From contig NC_086118.1 in the NCBI RefSeq assembly GCF_963921235.1, positions 15,316,001 through 15,380,000 of the forward strand: a DNA stretch of 64,000 bases, written 5' to 3'. The position numbers and the translations under genes are program-made. This stretch comes from Mobula hypostoma (lineage: Eukaryota). Each line of letters opens with the position of its first letter. Within the stretch, counting starts at the first letter, position 1. Shown here piece by piece: positions 11,700 to 24,286 of the stretch. The notes beneath the pieces are model-generated. The model did not search any database and had not been told where the DNA came from. It saw only the letters and a list, made by a program, of their open reading frames with translations.

Positions 11700-13400
11700 A
11701 CAGAGAAAACGGCTCCGCACAGAGACAAATTTATCATACACTACCATGATCACGTATCACCGAAATTGACATGGGAGTTTGTGTACTTCATTTCTGACCG
11801 TTCTCCACGTGATAACAGGCTGCCTGACAAGCAGTCGGAAATGTTTAACTGAAACGCAGCGGTGTTTCACGCCGGACTCTGCATAATCAACATTTACGAT
11901 CAAACTCAAAATATTAACTGATCTATTAATGTCTCTTTTCTCTTCACGTAACGCTAATTTGGCCACTCAACATCACTTACCTTGGTCGATTCTGCTGAAT
12001 AAAGATTTGCTACACAAACTGTAATGAAAGAAGTGTCATGATTAGAAATGTCATTAAAGAATGATGCGACATAAGCCAATGCCTTACGAACCAGTTTCAG
12101 ATCGAGCATACATCTACAAAGGATACACAATAACTCTGCTGCATGACAAACGCCGTGGAATATCTAAATAACAAATTCTCAGTTAGTCAAATAATGATAA
12201 CGTATTTATACCAGAATTAGAACCGGACGGTTGCGTGCTGGAAGCGGCCGATGGTTCATCTCACAACCTATATACACTGAATCATTTTGCTTGCGCAGCA
12301 AGTCCGGTCCGTATTTGGCATTTGCAAAGTGCCACGAACATTTGAGGTTCTCAGATTAATTCCTGTTTTCTCCCATCAGGATAAAATTAGAGAAGCAGTG
12401 TCAATAGTTTTGTGTGAAACTTCAGAGCCGTTAAACTATACCATCACATGGTCCCAGAGCTGACCAAGCAGAGCAATCGCGCGCCAACTTTTTTACAGTC
12501 CGCTGTCAAATAAAATTGTTAATTTAAATATTCTCGCTAAAACGAAGCATAAATAAAATTCCCACAAATAATATATTAGTGCTCAGTAATTTAATACTGT
12601 AGATCTAAAAGCAAGCCGGGATAATGGAATATATTTACAATACATGCACTTCACTTTTTGTAATGGAAAGAACAGATTTGATTCCTGCCGTCCAAGGTCA
12701 TCGCGACTAAATGCAGAAATTATCGTTTTTCACGAGTCTTGGCCGAACTCCCAAGAATTCGTATTCCGATTTTATTTCATTCTTCTAATAAGAACAGATT
12801 GTGGCGAAAAAAAATAAAGTCCCTTAATGGAAATTAACTTTTGTAAGATAAACAGTTCATTTTGTCTGATAGTTTCCGAATGTCAGCAAATCCTTAATTA
12901 TGATAAACCGTTCGATAGAGAGTGGGAAAAGTGCGTATTATACAAGCTACATTGATTTTCAACCTTGTTAAAATAAAAAAAATGGGAACGAGAGAATCAT
13001 TAAATTAAATAAAAATTCAGGTACAGATCGCGGGCGGGGGTGGGGGGGGGGGCAGTTAAAGGAATGCATTCATTCAGCAACCAGTGATTCCTAAAATAGA
13101 GAACAACTTGTGTATTTTATCCTAATTCACACTTCCACGCCTGGTTGGTTATTTATTCGGATGGGCACCGCAAAAATGTTGTAGGAACTAAATATGGGAG
13201 AAACAGCTGCTCCAATATCTTTCTGGCTTCAAATTCCTGTCACTTTCCATGACACAGGTTTGAATTGAGATTATGTGAATCTGTGAAGTTTACCTTGCTT
13301 CAGGGCTGGCGTTAAGCCAGAGGCAGAGACCTAGCAAACACTTGTCTGGTAAACCCATTAACGTTTCCGCAAACGAACTGAACTTTGGGCAGTTTTATTC
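11700..13400. promoter_or_regulatory. Repeat-free CpG-retaining island; candidate muscle enhancer and antisense promoter
   Basis: many CpGs in AT-rich DNA versus depleted flanks; MCAT, MEF2-like, CArG-like, E-box and MEF3-like words at 13061-13262; minus-strand TATA and splice donor. Confidence 0.55.
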
Positions 13401-13659
13401 ATCGATATGCTTAAATTCTAAGAAGCAAAATGAGTGTTCTCTTTAAAATTAAGATTCACATTTCCAAGTGTTCTATTGACAATCATGTTTTCTTTGATAT
13501 TAACTTTCTTGTAAAACAAGGACCTGAATAGGACTACAACTCTAATATCAATCTGCACCTGAAATTACATGCACTGAAGTGAAAATAATTATAATTATAA
13601 AATAACCATAATTATTCATTTCCAATGTTCAGTGAAAGATCCAAGGGGCACGTGCACAC

Positions 13660-15330
13660 ACATAATGCAAACAAGAAAACAGTAGGAGACCATTCAGCCC
13701 ATCATACCACTATTCAAACTGATGACTGAATGCCACAGGCTTCTTCTCCACTTCTGTTCCAAGACCACATATGCCCATTTCTGTGACCTTTCACAAAAGG
13801 CATCTACCTACTTCGTAAATATCCCCAAAGATGTGTGTCCTCAACGCTCTGGGACAGAAAATTCCAAAGAACCACCATCCCTGCAGGAAGGAGTTGCATT
13901 GCACCTCCGTTTTAAACGACTATCCCTTTGTCCTGTAATTGTGTCCTCGTTTGAAACTCTTCACTGGTGGATAAATTTCAAAATCTATTTTCAATGTCCC
14001 TTAAAGATCTTAACTGCTGCAGTAAGACTATCCTTTGCTTTTCTAAACTCCAAAGAAAACAAGCCAAACTTTTCCTTTTTTAGCGATTTTTGGAAGTATA
14101 ACCTTGCCATTCAGGAATTGGCTTTGTAAATCATTTTGGGACCATCTCCAGTGTTGTTATGTCCTTACTTCAATAAGAGGATTAAATCTATACACACAGC
14201 ATTGTAAGTTTGATTCACCAACACTCTGTACAATTGTAATGATACTTCTCTAATTCCTAAATTAAAACTTTTGAAACAAGGGCCAAAGTGCTACTTTCCA
14301 TAATTACTTGTTGCACCTACATGTCAAGTTTCCATGTTCCATGCACAGGGCATTTTGATCCTTCTGTATCTCACACTCTGCTTGTTATAGTCTTGAGGAG
14401 CACCAATGAATTTGCAAAACATGATTTCATAAAACCATGCTTGAAGGCATTAAGCTTTACAAAATGACAAACATTTTCCTCTGTGATTATAGACATTTAG
14501 ATTATAGCATCTTCCCGATTTGAGACATTAAGTGCATAGACCCATCTTTTGTCTTCATCCTTTCACATTTTCCACTGGTACTCTCCCAAAACTCAGGGGA
14601 CTTAAGATACCTGATGTTTCTTCTGTCACTTCAGTAACTTCTTTTAAAATCAATGTAAGTGGGCCATTAGGTTGGTTTCTCCGTCCTTTTTGAAACTAAG
14701 CCAATGTGGTTTTCTTGGAATATTTTAAGTATCTACAGTGAAGAAATGTGTAAAATAATGGCTTAAATTATATGCCATTTTCTTGTTACTGACCATTAGA
14801 TCCCCGTTCTCACCCTCTAGAATCCCCAAACTACCTTAGCTACCCTTTTCCATATTCATTGAAGCCTTTGGTGTTGGTTTCGTGATTACTTGTTAGGTTA
14901 CTCTCACAATGAAATTTCACCTTCCTTATTAGATTTTTCTAGTCTAACACTACTTGCTACTGAATAATTCTGAATCCTTTGGTTTTCCAAATTAATTTTG
15001 CTGCTTTGATTCTTTTTTTTATAAAAAATATTACTTTTGTTTTCCTACATTATTAAACAGGTGGATTTTTTCCTCACTGATTCCCTCTATCTGAAAATTT
15101 CTGCTGAGCATTGTGAAACAGATGCATAAATATCTACCATTGTACATCCACTGACCTGCCCATTGACCTGTTGTCACAGTCCACTCTGAACTATTTTGCT
15201 TGCACACCTTTCAAGCTGACCTTATTTTGTAAAGCACAAAGCTTTTGGAAGCAAAATGCTTCTCCTTAAACTGCATCTGGAATGCTACCTTGTTGTGGAC
15301 ACCCCTCCCCATCATACCCTTAGCTACAAA
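13660..15330 (-). mobile_element. Old, heavily decayed CR1-like LINE
   Basis: CR1-type 3' end (gtaggagaccattcagccc) and scattered RT-region similarity; boundaries approximate. Confidence 0.55.
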
Positions 15331-15334
15331 ATTA

Positions 15335-18300
15335 AGACAATAAGACATAGGAGACCATTTAGGTTATTTAACCTATCAGGACTGCTTGGCCATTAAGCCC
15401 TTAAGACCATAAGACATAGGAGCAGAATTAGGCCATCTGGCCCATCAAGTCTGCTCCACCATTCAATAATGGCTGATCCTTTTTTTTCTCGTCCTCAACC
15501 TCATTTCCCAGCCTTTTCCCCATAATCTTTGATTATGAACCTATCAATCTCTGCTTTAAATACACCAAACGACAGGTGCACATGGCAACAAATTCGACAA
15601 ATTCACCATCCACTGGCTAAAGAAATTTCTCCACATCTCTGTTTTGAAAGAGCGCTCCTCTATCCTCAGGCTGGGTCCTCTTGTCCTAGATTCTCCTGCC
15701 ATGGGAAACATCCTTTCCACATCTACAATGGCTAGGCCTTTAAACATTCGAAAGGCTTTAATGAGATTCCCCCCTCATCCTTCTGAATTCCAGTAAGTAC
15801 AGGCGTAGAGCCATTAAACGTTCCTCGTATGATAACCCTTTCATTCCTGGAATCATCCTTGTGAACCTCCTCTGGACCCTTTCCAATGCAAGCACATCTT
15901 TTCTCAGACGAGGTGCTCAAAACTGTTAATACTCAAGGGTAAGGCCTCACCAGTGCCTTTTAAAGCCTCAGCATCACATCATTTCTCTTGAATTCTAGAC
16001 CTCTTGAAATGAATGCTAACATGGCATTTGCCTTTCTCACCACTGACTCAACCTGCAAGTTAATATTTAGGGTGATCTGCGCAAGGACTCCCAAGTCCCT
16101 TTGTTCCTCAGATGTTTGGATTTTCTTCCCATTTAGAAAATAGTCTGCACATTTATTTCTACTACCAAAGAGCATGATCATGCATTTTCCAACATTGTAT
16201 TTCATCTGCCACTTTCTTGCCCAATCTCCTAATCTGTCTAAGACTTTCTGCATGCTACCTGTTTCCTCAACTTTACCTGCTCCTCCACCAATCTCTGTAT
16301 CATCTGCAAACTTGGCAACAAAGCCATCTATTCCATCATCTAAATCATTTATATAAAGCATAAATAGAAGTGGTCCCAATACTGAACCCTGCGGAACACC
16401 ACTAGTCACTGGCAGCCAACCTGAAAAGGATCCTTTTATTCCATCTCTCTGCCTCCTACCAATCAGACAATGCTCTAAACATGTTAGTAACTTTCCTGTA
16501 ATACCATGGGCTCTTAGCTTGGTAAGCAGCCTCATGTGTGGCACCTTGTCAAAGGCTTTCTGAAAGTCCAAATATCCAACATCTACTGCATCCCCTTTAT
16601 CTATCCTACTTGTAATCTCCTCAAAAAATTCCAACAGGTTTGTCAGGCAGGATCTTCCCTGAAGGAAATCATGCTGACTTTGTACTATCTTCTTCTGAAT
16701 CACCAAGTGCTCCATCACCTCATGCTTAACAATTGACTCCAGTATCTTCCCAACCACTGAGGTCAGGCTAACTGATCCATGATTTCCTTTCTGCTGCCTT
16801 GGCTGATTTATTTTCCCCCTCAACCCCATTCTCTTGCCTTCTCCCCATAATCTTTGATACCCTTACTAAACAAGAACCTGTGAACTTCCACTCCAAATAG
16901 ACCTAAGCACTTGGCCTCCAGTCTTCTGTGGCATTGAATTCCACAGATTCACCACTTTCTGGCTAAATACTGTAAATTCCTCCTCATCCTTTCTAAAGGG
17001 ATATCCTTCCATTCTGTGCTCTGACCTCTGGTTCCAGACCCTCCCAATATTGGAAACATTCTCTCCACATCTACTTTCCTAGGCCTTTCAATATTTGATA
17101 ACTTTGAATGAGATGCTAACATTGCATTGCCACCTTTACCACAGACTCAATCTGAAAGTTAACCTTTAGAAAATCCAGCATAGGACTATTTGCAACTCTG
17201 ATTTATGAATACACACCCCTTTTAGAAATTTGTTTACATCTTTATTCATTCTACAAAAGTGCATGACCATACACGTCTCCACACTGTATTCTATATGCCA
17301 TTTCTTTCATCATTCTCTTAATCCATCCAAGTCCTTCTGCAGACTCCCTGCTTTTTCAACACCACTTGCCCCTTAACTCATCTTTGTATCATCTGCAGAC
17401 CTGGCCACAACACCATCAATTCCATTATCCAGATCATTAACATTCAACATGTAAAGTAGAGGACCAACAGACAATCCATGTGGAACACCACTGGTTACTG
17501 GCACTGTACCGTAAAAACACCCTTTATTCCAAGCCTTAGCCTTCTGCCAGTCAGCCAAACTTCTGTCCATGCCAGCTTTAGTCCTGTAATACCATGTCTC
17601 TTATCTTGTTTAGCACCTCATGAGCAGTACCTTGTCAAAGGCCTTCTGAAAATTCAAGTAAACAAAATTCGCTGACTCTCCTTGTCTATCCTGCTCATTA
17701 TTTCTTCAATGAATTTCAACATGGTTGTCAGGCATGACTTCCCCTTCAGGAAACCATGCTGACTTTGACCTATTTTATTGTTTGTCTCCAGGTACCACAG
17801 ATCCCCATCACTAATGATGGAGTCCAACATCTTGTCAATTCATTGAAGTCTGGCTAAATGGCCGATAATTTAAAAGTTGCTGCTGAACGCAGCAGGCCAG
17901 GCAGCATCTATAGGAAGAGGTACAGTCGACGTTTTGAACGGTCTCAGCCCAAAACGTCGACTGTACCTCTTCCTATAGATGCTGCCAGGCCTGCTGCGTT
18001 CAGCAGCAAAGTTTATGTGTGTTGCTTGAAATTCCAGCATCTGCAGATTTCCTCATGTGGCCAATAATTTCCTGTCTTTTTCTCCTTCCCTTGATTCTTG
18101 AAAGATACTAATGCCTCCATAATCTCTTCAGCTATCCCTTTTGGAAGCCTGAGGCATAGTCCATTTGGTCCAGGTTGACTTATGATCCTTCAGACCTTTC
18201 AGCTTCTCAACCACCTTCTCATTAGTAATGGTGACTGCACTCACCTGCCCCCCAAAAATCTCAAATTTCTATCATGCTGCTGATGTTTTCCCCGGTGAAG

Positions 18301-18585
18301 ACTGACACAAAATACTTAATTCAGTTCATCTGCTATTTGTTCTGATTACTACCTCTCCAGTAGTGATTTCAGCCATCCAATGTTCACTCTTATTTCACTT
18401 GTATTCTTTATATATCTGAAAAGTCTTTTGGTATCCTATTTTATATTATTAGCTAAATTACTTTCATATTTATCTTTTCTCTCATTGTTTTTTTTCGCTG
18501 CCTTCGATTTGTTTTTTACAGCTACCCAGTCCTCCAGCTTCCCATTAATATTGGCTATATTATAGACCCTCTATCTTGCTTTTAC
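15335..18585 (-). mobile_element. Older CR1 LINE interrupted by a younger CR1 (about 15402-16798) and a PLE foldback (17872-18057)
   Basis: ORF 15960..16829 is CR1 RT (YLDFQKAFDKVPH, GVPQGSVLGP, FADD); a second degraded RT at 17373..17570; two 3' ends at 15335 and 15402. Confidence 0.88.
17872..18057. mobile_element. Penelope-derived foldback mini-element
   Basis: inverted arms; TSD tggccgataattt 17859-17871 and tggccaataattt 18058-18070. Confidence 0.85.
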
Positions 18586-19046
18586 AGTAAAATATACAAA
18601 ATGCTGGAGGAACTATGCAGTGCAGACAGCATCCATTGAAATGAATAAATAGTCAACATTTTGGACTGAGGCCCTTCATCAGTATTGGAAAGGAAGGTGG
18701 AAGACTTTTTCTAAACATGACCACATGTGAAAAAAACATTTACAGGTTCTGTAACATATTATTCTTATAAAACATTTCTAATAGATTCCATGAATTCCTT
18801 TTTCAGATTCCCTTCCCAGTTTGATCTGTCAAATCAAAATGCAGATTTGATTCACTCATGATAATTGCAGTTCCCTTCTTTAGTGCTTTTGATATTTCCT
18901 ATTTATGCTTTGTCCTACCATGAGTCAATACTTTCGAGGCCTTCAGTTCACTTCTACTCATTTCTTCTTTTCCTTGCTAATCTGCATCAATATCACTGCC
19001 AGTCACTGTACTAATGCCTTCCTAGATCCATGTTACCTAGTTTCCG

Positions 19047-19266
19047 CAAACAACAGGAATTCTGCAGATGCTGGAAATTCAAGCAACACACATCAAAGTT
19101 GCTGGTGAACGCAGCAGGCCAGGCAGCATCTCTAGGAAGAGGTACAGTTGACATTTCAGGCCGAGACCCTTCGTGTCCTGATGAAGGGTCTCGGCCTGAA
19201 ATGTCGACTGTACCTCTTCCTAGAGATGCTGCCTGGCCTGCTGCGTTCACCAGCAACTTTGATGTG
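19047..19266. mobile_element. Penelope-derived foldback mini-element with near-perfect 90-bp arms
   Basis: arms 19085-19174 and 19181-19270; 16-bp direct repeat tgttacctagtttccg at 19031-19046 and 19267-19282. Confidence 0.9.
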
Positions 19267-19483
19267 TGTTACCTAGTTTCCGTCTCCTTTCTGCCTATTC
19301 TTTTGTGTAGTGTTAGTTATTAGCTATTCCTATGCTGCTCAGTTAGCTACTTCCACATGGAAGGAGTTACTATACTGTACAAGTGCAGTTAGCAACACAA
19401 CATGGTGTCAGAAATGGTTGATCATTGATGAATTGGCGCTATAGACCAAGTGAGAATCCTACCAAGAAAGAATACAATAAGAC

Positions 19484-20952
19484 TGTCCGGTCCATCGACA
19501 CTTGCTCCAGATTTTCCTATCTACCCTGTTTCTGACCTTGTTGAGCTAATTGAGGCAGCTGATGCTCGTTGGGGCTGGCTGCATAAATACCTCCAGAGAC
19601 CAGGGCATGGTTGCTGGATTGTTCTTGTCCTTACTCCTCGTATCCCTTCCTTTGCCTTTTGTTTCCTTGCCTGAAGCCTTGCCTTGTCTTGCCGGTAACG
19701 CTCGCCTCGCCTCAAGTCTCAAGTCTCCAGCCTCCAGCCTCGCCTCGCCTCGCCTCAGGTCTCCAGCCTCGCCTCGCCTCGCCTCAAGTCTCCAGCCTCC
19801 AGCCTCGCCTCACCTCAAGTCTCCAGCCTCACCTCGCCTCAAGTCTCCAGCCTCCAGCCTCGCCTCAGGTCTCCAGCCTCCAGCCTCGCCTCACCTCATC
19901 TCCAGCCTCGCCTCGCCTCGCCTCAAGTCTCCAGCCTCCAGCCTCGCCTCGCCTCAAGTCTCCAGCCTCCAGCCTCGCCTCGCCTCAAGTCTCCAGCCTC
20001 GCCTCGCCTCGCCTCAAGTCTCCAGCCTCGCCTCGCCTTGTCTCCAGCCTCGCCTCGCCTTGTCTCCAGCCTCGCCTCGCCTCGTCTCCAGCCTCCAGCC
20101 TCGCCTCAAGTCTCCAGCCTCCAGCCTCACCTTGCCTCAAGTCTCCAGCATCGCCTCAAGTCTCCAACCTCCAGCCTCTCCTCACCTAAAGTCTCCAGCC
20201 TCCAGCCTCGCCTCGCCTCAGGTCTCCAGTCCCCTGCCAAGCTTCGCCTCAGGTCTCCAGCCTCGCCTCGCCTCAAGGCTCCAGTCTCCAGCCTCACCTC
20301 ACCTCAAGTCTCCAGCCTCATCTCGCCTCAAGTCTCCAGCCTCATCTCGCCTCAAGTCTCCAGCCTCCAGCCTCGCCTCAAGTCTCCAGCCTCGCCTGTG
20401 GTCTCCAGCCCCCTGCCAAGTCTCGCCTGTGGTCTCCAGCCCCCTGCCAAGCCTCGCCTCAGGTCTCCAGCCCCCTGCCAAGCCTCGCCTCAGGTCTCCA
20501 GCCCCCAGGCAAGCCTCGCCTCAGGTCTCTCGCCTCAGCCTCGAGCCTCTAGCCTCTTGCCAAGCCAAGTCTCTAGCCTCGAGCCTCTAGCCTCTTGCCA
20601 AGCCAAGCCAAGTCTCTAGCCTCGAGCCTCTAGCCTCTTGCCAAGCCAAGCCAAGTCTCTAGCCTCTAGCTTCTACCCTGAAGACATCAGCCTCGTCCTG
20701 ACTGCCTGCCAAGCCTCATCCTTGCCTAGTTCTGGGGTCCGAGCCAGAGGCAAGACCCAGGTACTGGGTCCTTGTCCAGTCTCCGGGTTGGAGTCCAAGT
20801 CCGGGCTCCTAGCTCTCTTGTTCAGTCTTGTTCCAGGTTCCTGGTTTTCCTGTCCATGTCCTTGCCATTGCCCTGTATCTTAGTCCTGTCCCTAGTACTT
20901 CAGTGCCTGTGTCTTGCACTTGGGTCCGCTCACAGCCACCGCTCTTATGACA
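19484..20952 (+). mobile_element. Solo-LTR-like element (TGTC...TGACA) inserted in the Gypsy leader, with an expanded minisatellite
   Basis: 5' part (taattgaggca.ctgat...cataaatacctc) matches the element starting at 51286; TG..CA ends; no clear TSD. Confidence 0.65.
19700..20670. repeat. Compound minisatellite of GCCTC, GCCTCCA and A(A/G)GTCTCCA modules
   Basis: directly visible; shifts to GCCAA and CTCTAGC modules toward the 3' end. Confidence 0.95.
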
Positions 20953-23900
20953 CAGGGAGACAAAAAGTCTGCTGTAGTCCAAAGAAATAAAATACAAAAA
21001 GGAAACAGGAAAAAAGGAGCAAATACCTGTAGAACCTACATCTACTTACCTAATAAAGCCCCCCTAGACATTTGGTTTCTCTAAACCAGGGAAGTTGAGA
21101 GATGGCTCAGATGGTTTGAGAGAGTTAAGGCTGCGAGCAATCTCAGTCAGACTTCAGAAGAGCATTAAGTAAGCACACTGATATATTGCATGGAGGACAA
21201 AGCAGAGACATCATGGGTGGATTAGGCCTGATAGATACTCAAGAAAAGGAGTAAAAAAACATTGCAGGAAAAATTCAAAGAATACTTCACAGGAAAATAA
21301 TATGTGATATATGAGGGGAAATGGGGTGCAGTCAGAAACACTACAGAAAGAGGAGAGAGTAGATCTCAGCTCAAACAAAACAGACAAGTGAAAAAAGAAC
21401 AGGTAAAATGTCCAAATACAGGAGATGCAGCAAGTCTCCATTCCATGTCAAAGAGCTCTGTCCAGCAAAATAATTGAAATGCTACAAATGCAATAGAGTT
21501 AGCCATAATAAAAGCCAGTGTTACTCAAAAACAGTTCTTCAGGAGGTCAAAGACGACCATGATTCAGATGAGGAGAGACCTTTCCTTGGGATTGTAGATT
21601 CAAATAGGCAAGGCTGGTTCAGTTGCAAAGTTCAGTTGCAAAATGAGGCAGTGACATTCAAAATGGACACTGGGTTAGATGGCACAGCCATCCCGAAATG
21701 TCTGTTCACAAGATTGGTGAAGATAACAGGTATTATCCTAAACCTAACAAAGTGAGTACTCATGGGGCCAAGGAAACATGAGCTGAGTGTGAAAGGAATG
21801 TTTACTCCATCCATCCGTAACAATGAAAAACAGTTGTTCAGAATTTCTTCTCACCACTACTGGGACAATATGCCATTAAGAAGTTGAAAGTCATTGCAAG
21901 GTTAGACTTGCTAAACAACGTTCAGTAACATGAGAAGTACCTGAAGTTGTTCACAGGTTTGGGGGGTACTGAAAGAAGAGCACCTTAGAAGAGGCCAGGA
22001 GTGACACCCTACTTTCTGCCTACAGCAAGGCATATAGCAGTCCCATTAATGAACAAAGTCAAAGCTGAACTTGAGAGAATGAAGGCATGTGACATAACAA
22101 GAGTGAATGAACCTCCTGACTGGTGTGCAGCCATTTTACTCCTGTTCCCAAGCCAGATGGCACAGTGAGGATCTGAGTTGATGGAACAAAATTGACTAAT
22201 GCAGTGAGGGGGGGGGGGGAGAAGTTTATTTTGTTCTGTGTTGAGTACACATGGGCATGCTTTGTGGAGCCAAGTTCTTCATCAAACTAGATGCAAACTA
22301 AGGGTTCTGGCAGATCCATTTAACTCCCAAGTTACGGAAGCTCATAATCTTTATCACACCATATGGACACTGTGATTTCAAGAGACTTTCTTTTGGCATC
22401 TCGTCAGCCCCTGAACTCTTTCAGACGAGGATGAACCAAATTCTAGGGGAAGTGGAAGGAGTAGTGTTCACGTGGACAATATACTCATCTTTGGAGGCTC
22501 AAATGAGGAACATGACAAAGGAATGGAAGCTGCCTTGGAGAAACTGAAACAGGCTGGAATCACCTTGAACAAAATGAAATGTGAATTTGCAAAGTTGGAC
22601 GTGAAGTTCTTAGGTTATCAACTGTCCTCAGAGGGAGTGCAATCAGATTCAGACAAACTGGCAGGAGTTTGGAACAGTGTTATGTCCAAACTGAAAAGGA
22701 GATACTGGCTCTGATGTGGGCTTGTGAATGCTTCAGCTGATAGCTAATAGGCACTAAAGTCCTACTTAAAACAGACCACAAGCTACTCGTCAGCCTCATT
22801 AGCTCTAAATACTTGGATGACCTGCTTCCAGGTTGGCAAAGATTCAGAATGAGACTTGTGAAATATTGTTATGACATTGAACAAGTCCCTGGTAAATCTT
22901 CAGACACTCTGTTGAGGATGCCATGTAAAATTGAGTGGATGGAAGTTGACTCTAACCTCATGGAAGATATCAACTTCTACTTAGCTTAGGTACGTGAAAG
23001 CTTTCCTGCATCACAGAGTAAGCTGGATGGAATTCATGCTCAGTTGAAAAAGGACCATATCTGCAGCAAAGTCATGCAATACTGTGAGCAGAGATAGCTA
23101 GCAGTTCTAAAAGGAGCTCACAAAATCAGACCTCATTGGCTTGAAAGAGACACACTCACCATTCTTGATAGATTGTTGCTAAAGTACTCTAGATTCATCA
23201 TTCTTGCTTCTATGCATACCAAAATCATCAGTCAAATCCACCAAGGACATCAAGGCATCAAACATGTTGCCTCAGAGCAAGGCAATCTGTGTGATGGCCT
23301 GCTCTGAGCACAGAGATGAGAGATTTTGTAAAGCAATGCGAAGCTTGCAGGAAACAGTACAAAAATCATGCTGAACCCCTCTGTCCCTCAGAATTCCCAG
23401 ACTTTCCATGGTAAATTGCAGGCACAGATATTTTCAAGCTGAAAAGAGACAAATATATTCTCTCTGTGGATTACTACTCACAGAATATTGAGGGATCCGA
23501 GCTGTCCTCTACATTCTCAGCAGCAGTTATGCAGCACCTGAAATCTGAATTTGCTTGCAACGGACTACCAGAGACATGTGTGTTTTCAACGTTCCACAAT
23601 TCAGCTGCACAGAATTCAAAGTCTTTGCTAGGGACTATGAGTTCAAACACCAGACAAGCAGTTCATGGGTATTATGGCAAATGGTGAAGCGGAAAGAGCA
23701 GTGCAAACTGTTAACGGTCCCTTATTGAAGACAAAAGACCCATATAAAGCATGGGTAGCTTATCAGCTCACACCTCTTGCAAATGGCTACAGTCCATCAG
23801 AGCTGTCAATGGCCTGGAGACTGAGAACAAGCCTGCCTATTCCTCCTTCCCCTCTCCAACCTCACTTACCAGACTTAGACAAAGTGAGATATTTTGAGAC

Positions 23901-24286
23901 AACATAGCATGAGACTATGAAGAGCATTCATGATCTCAGACACAGAGGAAAATCTTTGTCACTACCTAGGAGTGGTAAAGCTGTCTGGGTTTCAGACCAA
24001 TTCACCAAAGTAACAGTAGTCTGACAGCATGCACCACGATTGTTTGTGATGAGAACATCACAAGGTGAAATCAGGTGGAACAGGTATGCACTCAGGCACC
24101 TTCAAGGTCCACGGAAGGCAGAGGAAAAAGAGTAGCCTGATCCTTTATGAAAAGGACCATTTACTTGAGGTGGGCACACCTGTTCAAGAATATCCATCTG
24201 CTCCAACACATCCAGGAACCCATACCAGCAGGAGTCATTTATCTGTCCCACCACAGAGATATTCTCCATAGCCTAAGAGCTTAGGG

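Noticed and set aside
19700..20530. GAGGC pentamers (minus strand) resembling polyomavirus T-antigen origin sites
   Set aside because: All are in one orientation within a simple repeat, and there are no viral genes nearby.
19550..20619. Long Ser/Pro/Leu-rich ORFs (346, 192 and 193 aa)
   Set aside because: They arise in several frames from a stop-poor minisatellite and lack any domain or splice context.
19700..20670. CRISPR-like array
   Set aside because: No unique spacers, no cas genes, and the context is eukaryotic.
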